Origin: a virus
Taxonomy: Duplodnaviria > Heunggongvirae > Uroviricota > Caudoviricetes
Direction: 5' to 3' (one strand)
Length of the DNA: 5,212 nucleotides
IMG/VR virus record: IMGVR_UViG_2609460332_000003
The notes under the pieces are model-generated. The model was not told the origin of the DNA. It did no database searches and saw only the letters and a list, made by a program, of their open reading frames with translations. Shown here piece by piece: positions 1 through 5,212 of this stretch (position 1 is the stretch's first letter; every line of letters begins with the position of its first letter). The position numbers and the translations under genes were made by a program.

Positions 1-264
1 CTTATTTCGGGGAGATCTGTTTACAGTATCGGATCTTCGGTCCGTGGTGATGACGTTGCCATTAGTCCAGCGCTGAAGTGTCCGAATAGAAATACCGATA
101 CACCTACAAGCCTGACTTTTCCGGGCGCCGTTGATAACGGCCTCGTGGATAAGAGAAATAATTTTACGCCGCTCCAGGAGAGGGGTCAGTCTTCCTCGCT
201 GTTGTCCCAGAGGGCATTGAACTTTTCCCTTAATATAAGCAGGGCCGCTGCTTCCGCCAGAGCT
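1..264 (-). CDS. IS3-family transposase OrfB, N-terminal fragment (-1 frame relative to orfA; partial, runs off window start)
   Basis: The minus-strand frame -1 relative to orfA is open from the TAA at 267-265 to position 1 (88 codons with no stop) and overlaps the last ~26 codons of orfA. Its translation (...RRKIISLIHEAVINGARKSQACRCIGISIRTLQRWTNGNVITTDRRSD...) has the HTH-like motif seen at the start of IS3-family OrfB proteins. A candidate A-AAG slip site sits at minus-strand GGGAAAAG (plus coordinates 229-222). Confidence 0.5.
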
Positions 265-698
265 TTATCTTTGCGCTTAAGCTCTTTCTCCAGTTCTCGT
301 AACTTATTTTTTGCGTCACGCAATGCCCTGTCTGTTCGGATATTTTCCGTCAATTTCTTTTCATGCGCCTGAATTGAGATAGCCCGCCATTCTTTAACCT
401 GTTCAACAAACAATCCCATGCGTCGGCAATAATCAGCTAGTTCCATTTCTGACAGCGTAGCCGTCTCAAGAACAACTGAGAATCGACGCTCCGGTGTCCA
501 GTCTTCAACATCAACGGAGGTAATCTTTTCATTTTCAGGTAAAAGTCCTTGCTCCACTAACTCACATCTCCATTTTGATACAACTGAGGCACTGATCTTC
601 AGCTTACGGGCTATCTGACGATGTGACCAGCAGTATGGTGGTAAAAGCCATATCAGTCCTTTCTCTTTGAGTTCACTTGGTATTGGTTGTCCTGGCAT
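186..698 (-). CDS. IS3-family transposase OrfA (N-terminal HTH, C-terminal leucine-zipper-like coiled coil)
   Basis: ORF track gives 186..728 (180 aa) from a TTG. The in-frame ATG at 698-696 (MPGQPIPSELKEKG...) is preceded by a strong Shine-Dalgarno (minus strand AAGGAGATAACA-ATG), so I place the start at 698 (170 aa). The protein has HTH-like segments (IARKLKISASVVSKW; LSEMELADYCRRMGLFVEQVKEW) and a C-terminal heptad-repeat region (LRDAKNKLRELEKELKRKDKALAEAAALLILREKF), typical of IS3/IS150-group OrfA. The exact IS name is not recognised. Confidence 0.75.
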   Translation of the reverse strand: MPGQPIPSELKEKGLIWLLPPYCWSHRQIARKLKISASVVSKWRCELVEQGLLPENEKITSVDVEDWTPERRFSVVLETATLSEMELADYCRRMGLFVEQVKEWRAISIQAHEKKLTENIRTDRALRDAKNKLRELEKELKRKDKALAEAAALLILREKFNALWDNSEED

Positions 699-772
699 TG
701 TTATCTCCTTAAAAAATTGAGGCGACAACTATGCTGACACAGGGGGTTACTCACCGATCTCCTTCACGGTAA

Positions 773-1003
773 TACGCAACTTTCTCCGGGGATTATCTCC
801 GCGTAACTGACAACAAGGGGAAAACGCACGATGTGCTGACCGGAAGTGATGACGGTCGCCACAGCAACACGTCTCTGGCGTGGGGGGCTGGCGTGCAGTT
901 TAACCCGACCGAATCCGTGACCATTGACCTTGCTTATGAAGGTTCCGGTAGTGGCGACTGGCGAACGGATGCATTTATTGTTGGTATCGGATACCGTTTC
1001 TGA
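773..1003 (+). pseudogene. lom: 5'-truncated lom-like gene (Ail/Lom/OmpX-family outer membrane protein), C-terminal ~76 codons only
   Basis: The frame ending at TGA 1001-1003 translates to YATFSGDYLRVTDNKGKTHDVLTGSDDGRHSNTSLAWGAGVQFNPTESVTIDLAYEGSGSGDWRTDAFIVGIGYRF*. The ...AYEGSGSGDWRTD.FIVG.GY.F terminus is the characteristic last beta-strand region of lambda Lom/Ail-family proteins. There is no N-terminal signal peptide or first ~130 codons; the frame is closed by TAA at 770-772 right next to the IS. Gene order lom then stf then tfa matches lambda. Confidence 0.8.
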
Positions 1004-1107
1004 CAACAGACGCCGATTTATCTTCTGTAAATATTGTTATGATACGCAGGTTCATCCACCTTATGGGGTGAACTGCGTTTGAGGAAACGTAAAGTTACAC
1101 TGTCCTG

Positions 1108-1141
1108 AAGCCCGTGGCGTCACTGCTGCGGGCTTTTTTTA
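1108..1141 (+). terminator. Putative rho-independent terminator downstream of lom
   Basis: AAGCCCG (1108-1114) pairs with CGGGCTT (1129-1135) as a 7-bp GC-rich stem, with a 14-nt loop, followed by a T-run (1134-1141). It lies 13 nt upstream of the stf ATG. Confidence 0.5.
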
Positions 1142-1154
1142 TTGGTGGAAAAGT

Positions 1155-2792
1155 ATGACAGTAAAAATTTCTGGCGTGCTTAAAGATGGCACAGGAAAAC
1201 CAGTACAGAACTGCACCATTGTGCTGAAGGCCAGACGAACCAGCAGCACGGTGGTGGTGAACACGGTGGCCTCTGAAAATCCGGATGAAGCCGGACGTTA
1301 CAGCATGGATGTTGAGCATGGTCAGTACAGCGTCACCCTGCTGGTTGAAGGTTTTCCGCCTTCACATGCCGGGACCATTACCGTCTATGAAGGTTCCAGA
1401 CCAGGTACGCTGAATGATTTTCTCGGTGCCATGACGGAGGATGATGTACGACCGGAGGCACTGCGCCGCTTTGAGCAGATGGTAGAAGAGGTGTCACGTA
1501 ACGCCTCCGCGGTTGCACAGAATACGGCAGCCGCGAAAAAATCAGCCAGCGATGCCAGTGCATCAGCCAGCGAGGCGGCAACTCATGCAACCGATGCTGC
1601 AGCCTCATCACGTGCCGCCAGCACGTCAGCCGGACAGGCCGCGTCGTCGGCTCAGTCAGCGTCTTCCAGCGCAGGAACGGCATCGACAAAGGCCCGTGAA
1701 GCAGCAAAAAGTGCTGCTGCTGCAGAGTCATCAAAAAGCGCGGCAGCTACCAGCGCCAGTGCCGCGAAAACGTCAGAAACGAATGCCGCAGCATCACAAA
1801 AATCGGCAGCCACTTCTGCATCCACAGCGACCACGAAGGCGTCAGAAGCTGCCACCTCGGCACGGGGTGCGGCGGCCTCAAAAGAGGCAGCGAAATCTTC
1901 AGAAACGAATGCATCATCAAGTGCCAGTAGTGCAGCTTCCTCGGCAACGGCGGCAGGAAATTCCGCGAAGGCGGCAAAAACGTCCGAGACGAACGCTAAG
2001 TCTTCTGAAACAGCAGCGGGACAGAGCGCCTCAGCTGCGGCAGGTTCAAAAACAGCGGCTGCATTATCTGCCAGTGCCGCGTCAACAAGTGCCGGGCAGG
2101 CCTCAGCCAGTGCCACCGCCGCCGGAAAATCGGCAGAAAGCGCCGCATCATCCGCTTCAACAGCCACAACGAAGGCTGGCAAAGCCACTGAGCAAGCCAC
2201 TGCAGCAGCGAGGTCTGCTTCTGCAGCAAAAACCTCTGAAACAAATGCAAAGACTTCAGCAGACAATGCTGCTTCCTCTAAGGCGGCAGCCGCATCGTCA
2301 GCCAGTTCAGCGGCGTCATCGGCATCATCTGCGTCTGCTTCAAAAGATGAGGCGACCAGACAGGCGTCAGCAGCAAAGGGCAGCGCCACGACGGCATCCA
2401 CGAAGGCGACAGAGGCAGCTGGCAGTGCGACGGCGGCAGCTCAGAGCAAAAGTACGGCGGAATCCGCGGCAACGCGCGCCGAGACAGCGGCAAAACGGGC
2501 AGAGGATATTGCATCCGCCGTGGCGCTTGAGGATGCGAGCACGACGAAAAAGGGGATAGTACAGCTCAGCAGTGCGACCAACAGCACTTCCGAGTCACTG
2601 GCGGCAACGCCAAAAGCGGTTAAGGCGGTAATGGGTGAAACGAACAAGAAAGCGCCCTTAAATAGTCCTGCACTGACCGGAACGCCAACAACACCAACTG
2701 CGCGACAGGGAACGAATAATACCCAAATCGCAAGCACGGCTTATGTTATGGCTGCGATCGCTGCCTCGTGGACTCGTCGCCTGACGCACTGA
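1155..2792 (+). CDS. stf: Side tail fibre protein Stf, N-terminal portion (545 codons; reading frame terminated prematurely by an apparent 1-nt deletion)
   Basis: ATG at 1155 preceded by GGTGG (1144-1148). N-terminus MTVKISGVLKDGTGKPVQNCTIVLKA... followed by a long Ala/Ser/Thr-rich repeat region with recurring K(T/S)SETNA motifs, as in lambdoid prophage side tail fibres. The frame ends ...TAYVMAAIAASWTRRLTH*, whereas the conserved tail-fibre motif ...AAIAALVDSSPDALNTLNELAAALGNDP... continues in the next frame. Confidence 0.85.
   Translation: MTVKISGVLKDGTGKPVQNCTIVLKARRTSSTVVVNTVASENPDEAGRYSMDVEHGQYSVTLLVEGFPPSHAGTITVYEGSRPGTLNDFLGAMTEDDVRPEALRRFEQMVEEVSRNASAVAQNTAAAKKSASDASASASEAATHATDAAASSRAASTSAGQAASSAQSASSSAGTASTKAREAAKSAAAAESSKSAAATSASAAKTSETNAAASQKSAATSASTATTKASEAATSARGAAASKEAAKSSETNASSSASSAASSATAAGNSAKAAKTSETNAKSSETAAGQSASAAAGSKTAAALSASAASTSAGQASASATAAGKSAESAASSASTATTKAGKATEQATAAARSASAAKTSETNAKTSADNAASSKAAAASSASSAASSASSASASKDEATRQASAAKGSATTASTKATEAAGSATAAAQSKSTAESAATRAETAAKRAEDIASAVALEDASTTKKGIVQLSSATNSTSESLAATPKAVKAVMGETNKKAPLNSPALTGTPTTPTARQGTNNTQIASTAYVMAAIAASWTRRLTH
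1497..2520 (+). repeat. Imperfect in-frame tandem repeats encoding an Ala/Ser/Thr-rich low-complexity region of Stf
   Basis: Recurrent near-identical DNA words: AAAACGTCAGAAACGAATGC (1767-1786), AAATCTTCAGAAACGAATGC (1893-1912), AAAACGTCCGAGACGAACGC (1977-1996), AAAACCTCTGAAACAAATGC (2228-2247). The GCN/TCN codon periodicity leaves alternative frames open on both strands. Confidence 0.75.
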
Positions 2793-4060
2793 ATACGCTG
2801 AACGAGCTGGCTGCGGCGTTGGGCAACGACCCGAATTTTGCGACCACCATGACTAGCGCGCTTGCGGGTAAGCAACCGAAAGATGCCACCCTGACGGCGC
2901 TGGCCGGGCTTGCTACTGCGGCAGACAGGTTTCCGTATTTTACGGGGAATGATGTTGCCAGTCTGGCAACCCTGACAAAAGTTGGGCGGGATATTCTTGC
3001 GAAATCGACCGTTGCCGCCGTTATCGAATACCTCGGTTTACAGGAAACGGTAAACAAGGCTGGTAACGCCGTTCAGCGTTCCGGCGATAAAATGACCGGA
3101 GAACTGAAAATTGGCACGGTGAATGCGCTGCGAATTTTCAATGATGCCTTCGGTCTTATTTTCCGTCGTTCAGAAGATTTTCTTCATTTCATTCCGACGG
3201 CTGAAGGACAAGGCGAAAACGGTGATATCGGCCCATTAAGGCCATTCGCTATAAATCTGAGAACAGGTGCTATATCTGTCAGCCACGGGGCCAAAATTGA
3301 TGGTGGGCTGGCGCTTGGTACAGATAACGCACTGGGCGGTAATTCCATTACTCTCGGAGATAACGACACTGGTATTAAACAGGGCGGCGACGGTGTCCTT
3401 TTATTCTATTCAAATGGACAACTGGCATTTGGGCTTCAACCCGCATCTGCTGATTTTTATAAGCGGGTTGCATATATTCATCAGGGAATAATTCCTGATG
3501 GAAGTGGCGCATTTGCAGACCAGTTGAATAATGCCACCGCGCCTTTTGTTCAGACGCAGTTTGCCTGGAATCCCACTCCTGGTGGTCTTTACGTGCCGAT
3601 AGTTAAGGGCTTGTCCATTCGCAATGGACAGGGCTATCCCGGCGCGGTCAGCTTTGGGTATTTACTGACAGAACAGTATGGATTTCCGGTTCCATGTATT
3701 CATATGCGTGGCGATGGCGGTAATGATGCTTTATGGCAGTTTAACCCGAACGATAAATCCTTTATTTCACCGGGTGCTCTTATTGCGGGTGGCGTCCGTT
3801 ATAACACCGATGGAAATATATTTGGTGGGTGCTGGGGGTCAAACTTAAATGATTACCTGAATAGTTCTTTTATCAGAAATGTGCGTCTGGGAGGCAGACG
3901 TTCTGACACATTATATCGCGGAGGACTTTGCGAACCAGGTAATGGTCATGTGACAACAGGATTGCAAATTATTGGTGAGGTTGATGGAGATGACTGGATG
4001 GTGTCACGACCACTACAAAAATACATTTCTGGTAACTGGTATAACGTTGAACAGGCATAG
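2768..4060 (+). CDS. stf: Side tail fibre protein Stf, C-terminal portion: conserved collar region (2768-3046) plus variable receptor-binding domain (3047-4060); in a different frame from the N-terminal portion
   Basis: Translation from the ORF-track start (GTG 2768) reads (M)DSSPDALNTLNELAAALGNDPNFATTMTSALAGKQPKDATLTALAGL...FPYF...VGRDILAKSTVAAVIEYLGLQE..., the conserved collar shared by P2 H, Mu S, lambda Stf and T4 gp37-type fibres. It ends ...KYISGNWYNVEQA* (TAG 4058-4060). The true protein is most likely continuous with 1155-2792. Confidence 0.85.
   Translation: MDSSPDALNTLNELAAALGNDPNFATTMTSALAGKQPKDATLTALAGLATAADRFPYFTGNDVASLATLTKVGRDILAKSTVAAVIEYLGLQETVNKAGNAVQRSGDKMTGELKIGTVNALRIFNDAFGLIFRRSEDFLHFIPTAEGQGENGDIGPLRPFAINLRTGAISVSHGAKIDGGLALGTDNALGGNSITLGDNDTGIKQGGDGVLLFYSNGQLAFGLQPASADFYKRVAYIHQGIIPDGSGAFADQLNNATAPFVQTQFAWNPTPGGLYVPIVKGLSIRNGQGYPGAVSFGYLLTEQYGFPVPCIHMRGDGGNDALWQFNPNDKSFISPGALIAGGVRYNTDGNIFGGCWGSNLNDYLNSSFIRNVRLGGRRSDTLYRGGLCEPGNGHVTTGLQIIGEVDGDDWMVSRPLQKYISGNWYNVEQA
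3021..3046. other. Gin/Pin/Cin/Hin-family 26-bp DNA-inversion crossover site (gix/pix-like), left boundary of an invertible segment
   Basis: TTATCGAATACCTCGGTTTACAGGAA. From memory, Mu gixR is TTATCCAAAACCTCGGTTTACAGGAA, giving 24/26 identity. It has the 12-2-12 layout with a central TC, and lies in frame inside stf (encoding VIEYLGLQE) at the conserved/variable junction. Confidence 0.7.
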
Positions 4061-4075
4061 CCATCAGGAGAATAT

Positions 4076-4603
4076 ATGCAACATCTGAAAAATATTACCG
4101 CCGGAAACCCCAAAACCATTGAGCAGTATCAGCTTACGAAAAAAGCTGGCGTTATCTGGCTATATACAGAAGACGGTAAAAACTGGTATGACGAATTAAA
4201 AAACTTTCAGGATGATACTTTAAAAATAGCTTATGACCAGAAGGGGATTATTCGTTGTATTGAGAAAGACGTATCAACACTTAACCCTGACGGGTTAAGT
4301 GTTGTTGAGTTACCGAATATAACAGCCAACCGTCGCGCCGATATCTCGGGAAACTGGAAGTTTCTGGATGGTAAAGTAGTAAAGCGGGAATATACAAAAC
4401 AGGAACTGCAACAGCAGGCAGAGTTACAAAAAGCCGCTTTGCTTTCCGAAGCGGAGTCTGTGATTCAACCGCTGGAACGTGCTGTCAGACTGAATATGGC
4501 AACTGATGAGGAACGCACACGACTGGAATCATGGGAACGCTACAGCGTTATGGTCAGCCGTGTGGATACTGCAAAGCCTGAATGGCCACAGAAACCAGAA
4601 TAA
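4076..4603 (+). CDS. tfa: Tail fibre assembly protein (Tfa; Mu U / lambda Tfa family)
   Basis: ATG 4076 preceded by AGGAG (4066-4070) with 5-nt spacing, 15 nt after the stf stop. The 175-aa product [23 protein letters not shown]...ITANRRAD...[23 protein letters not shown] follows the stf-then-tfa arrangement and has the Tfa-family C-terminal pattern (W.RY...V...DT......P..PE). Confidence 0.9.
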   Translation: MQHLKNITAGNPKTIEQYQLTKKAGVIWLYTEDGKNWYDELKNFQDDTLKIAYDQKGIIRCIEKDVSTLNPDGLSVVELPNITANRRADISGNWKFLDGKVVKREYTKQELQQQAELQKAALLSEAESVIQPLERAVRLNMATDEERTRLESWERYSVMVSRVDTAKPEWPQKPE

Positions 4604-4612
4604 CAACAAATT

Positions 4613-4630
4613 AAGGCCCGTACGGGCCTT
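4613..4630. terminator. Perfect 18-bp palindrome (AAGGCCCGTACGGGCCTT) between convergent tfa and tfa'; putative bidirectional rho-independent terminator
   Basis: 7-bp GC-rich stem with GTAC loop. It is followed by TTTTCTT on the plus strand and by TTAATTTGTTG on the minus strand, and lies in the 30-bp gap between the two convergent stop codons. Confidence 0.55.
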
Positions 4631-4633
4631 TTC

Positions 4634-5167
4634 TTATTCTGGTGGTTCCGGGAATGTTACAGGAAGAACCGAGGTATCAGTTGTCTCAACCTGTTGCACG
4701 TATCGCATCCAGTTCATCAGTTGCTGTCTGTCTGAATCAGTGATAATCCCCAAAGTAAGCTGTGTTTGCCAGAACTGCGTTTTTTCTCTGGCCTGCTGTA
4801 ATAATATTTTTTTCTGGTTTTCCGTCTGTAGGCGCAACTCTTCTTCGGTATATACACGTTTAATGACTGCGCCATCTTTAAACATCCATTTACCTGAGTC
4901 GTCAGCACGCCGGTTGGCGGTAATATCAGGAATCTCAACGACGCTATAACCTTCAGGGTTAAGTGTGGAGGCATCTTTGGTTATGGCAACAATAATATTA
5001 TTTTCATCGTAAACAATCTTTATGGTGTCTGGCTGAAAGTTTTTCACTTCCTCATACCAGTTTTTTCCGTCCTCAGAGTAAAGCCAGATAACTCCGTGTT
5101 TCTTTGTTAACTCATACTGTTCCAGTGTTTTAGCATTACCCGCTTTTATGTTCTTTAAGTGCATCAT
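4634..5167 (-). CDS. Alternate tail fibre assembly protein (Tfa'; Mu U'-like), inverted relative to tfa
   Basis: 177-aa [41 protein letters not shown]...ITANRRAD...[25 protein letters not shown]. By eye it is about 70% identical to Tfa over the first ~110 residues and diverged after that. Its start is 1 nt downstream of the stf' stop, suggesting translational coupling. Confidence 0.9.
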   Translation of the reverse strand: MMHLKNIKAGNAKTLEQYELTKKHGVIWLYSEDGKNWYEEVKNFQPDTIKIVYDENNIIVAITKDASTLNPEGYSVVEIPDITANRRADDSGKWMFKDGAVIKRVYTEEELRLQTENQKKILLQQAREKTQFWQTQLTLGIITDSDRQQLMNWMRYVQQVETTDTSVLPVTFPEPPE

Positions 5168-5168
5168 A

Positions 5169-5212
5169 TTAAACGCTCGCTACATTATACCAGGTGCCAT
5201 TTATATACTTTG
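5169..5212 (-). CDS. 3' end (last 13 codons plus stop) of an alternate side-tail-fibre variable domain (stf'), partial at window edge
   Basis: Minus strand 5210..5169 translates to [13 protein letters not shown], which parallels the Stf C-terminus KYISGNWYNVEQA*. The stop TAA (5171-5169) is immediately followed by the tfa' ATG (5167). Confidence 0.6.
   Translation of the reverse strand, partial: KYINGTWYNVASV

Larger units (their letters stand above)
1..778 (-). mobile_element. Partial IS3-family insertion sequence (left end, complete orfA, 5' part of orfB); continues beyond window start. Right-hand boundary (IS left end) uncertain, about 765-780
   Basis: orfA (HTH plus leucine zipper) followed by an overlapping -1 frame open to the window edge; a truncated lom gene abuts it. 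Minus-strand sequence read from 766 starts TGAAGGAGATCGG..., TG being the usual IS3-family terminal dinucleotide. The lom frame has a TAA at 770-772, so lom-derived sequence starts at or after 773. No second end is visible, so the inverted repeat cannot be confirmed. Confidence 0.6.

Noticed and set aside
145-372. 75-aa plus-strand ORF
   Set aside because: It is antisense to the transposase orfA/orfB overlap and has a low-complexity Ser/Leu/Arg-rich translation.
764-1006. 80-aa minus-strand ORF
   Set aside because: It is antisense to the lom fragment, whose plus-strand translation matches the Lom/Ail C-terminus.
1015-1043. Possible sigma70 promoter (GATTTA ... TATGAT) between lom and stf
   Set aside because: The -35 match is poor and I cannot score it without a tool. 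It is not supported well enough to annotate.
1095-1319. 74-aa minus-strand ORF spanning the stf start
   Set aside because: It overlaps the terminator and the well-supported stf 5' end on the opposite strand, with no supporting features.
1652-2401. 249-aa Ala/Asp-rich ORF on the minus strand antisense to stf
   Set aside because: Same cause as above: it is the antisense of GCN-rich repeats, and there is no independent evidence of coding.
1497-2520. CRISPR-like or other non-coding repeat array
   Set aside because: The repeats are irregular in spacing, lie in frame within a coding sequence and encode Ala/Ser/Thr-rich peptide repeats. There are no uniform direct repeats separated by unique spacers.
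1513-2559. 348-aa Arg/Pro/Gln-rich ORF on the plus strand overlapping stf in another frame
   Set aside because: It lies entirely inside the GC-rich stf repeat region, where codon periodicity removes stop codons from all frames. The composition is extreme, there is no ribosome-binding site, and the stf frame carries the recognisable tail-fibre motifs.
2757-2792. Programmed ribosomal frameshift joining the two stf ORFs
   Set aside because: There is no slippery heptamer or stimulatory structure at the junction (GCTGCCTCGTGG). A 1-nt deletion or sequencing error explains it more simply.
3184-3491. 61-aa minus-strand and 74-aa plus-strand ORFs inside the stf variable domain
   Set aside because: They are embedded out of frame or antisense within the long stf ORF and are short with no signals.
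3047-4060. Diversity-generating retroelement targeting the fibre tip
   Set aside because: There is no reverse transcriptase gene and no template-repeat copy of the tip in the window. The variability mechanism supported by the sequence is site-specific inversion.
4506-4974. 147-aa plus-strand and 85-aa minus-strand ORFs overlapping tfa and tfa'
   Set aside because: They are alternative-frame or antisense to the two well-supported Tfa-family genes and have Cys/Ser-rich low-complexity translations.

Overview
This window reads as a lambdoid (Rac/e14-like) prophage tail-fibre locus from an enterobacterial genome, with an IS element at its left edge. It is a well-known type of locus: a phage host-range inversion switch of the Mu G-segment / P1 C-segment / e14 P-region type. 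I do not see evidence for a previously undescribed system. Left to right: (1) 1-~778, the left ~0.78 kb of an IS3-family insertion sequence on the minus strand, with a complete orfA (186-698) and the start of orfB in the -1 frame running off the window; (2) 773-1003, the C-terminal ~76 codons of a lom (Ail/Lom outer-membrane protein) gene with no 5' part, apparently truncated by the IS; (3) 1108-1141, a hairpin plus T-run terminator; (4) 1155-4060, the side tail fibre gene stf, split by an apparent 1-nt deletion near 2763-2768 into two overlapping ORFs (1155-2792 and 2768-4060), with a long GC-rich Ala/Ser/Thr repeat region (about 1497-2520) and a conserved collar region; (5) 3021-3046, a 26-bp Gin/Pin/Cin/Hin-type crossover site inside stf; (6) 4076-4603, tail fibre assembly gene tfa (+); (7) 4613-4630, a perfect palindromic hairpin between convergent genes; (8) 4634-5167, an inverted, diverged tfa' (-); (9) 5169-5212, the last 13 codons of an inverted alternate fibre tip stf' (-). 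The second crossover site and the invertase gene are expected beyond the right edge. All protein-family assignments come from reading the translations and from recalled motifs, not from database searches.
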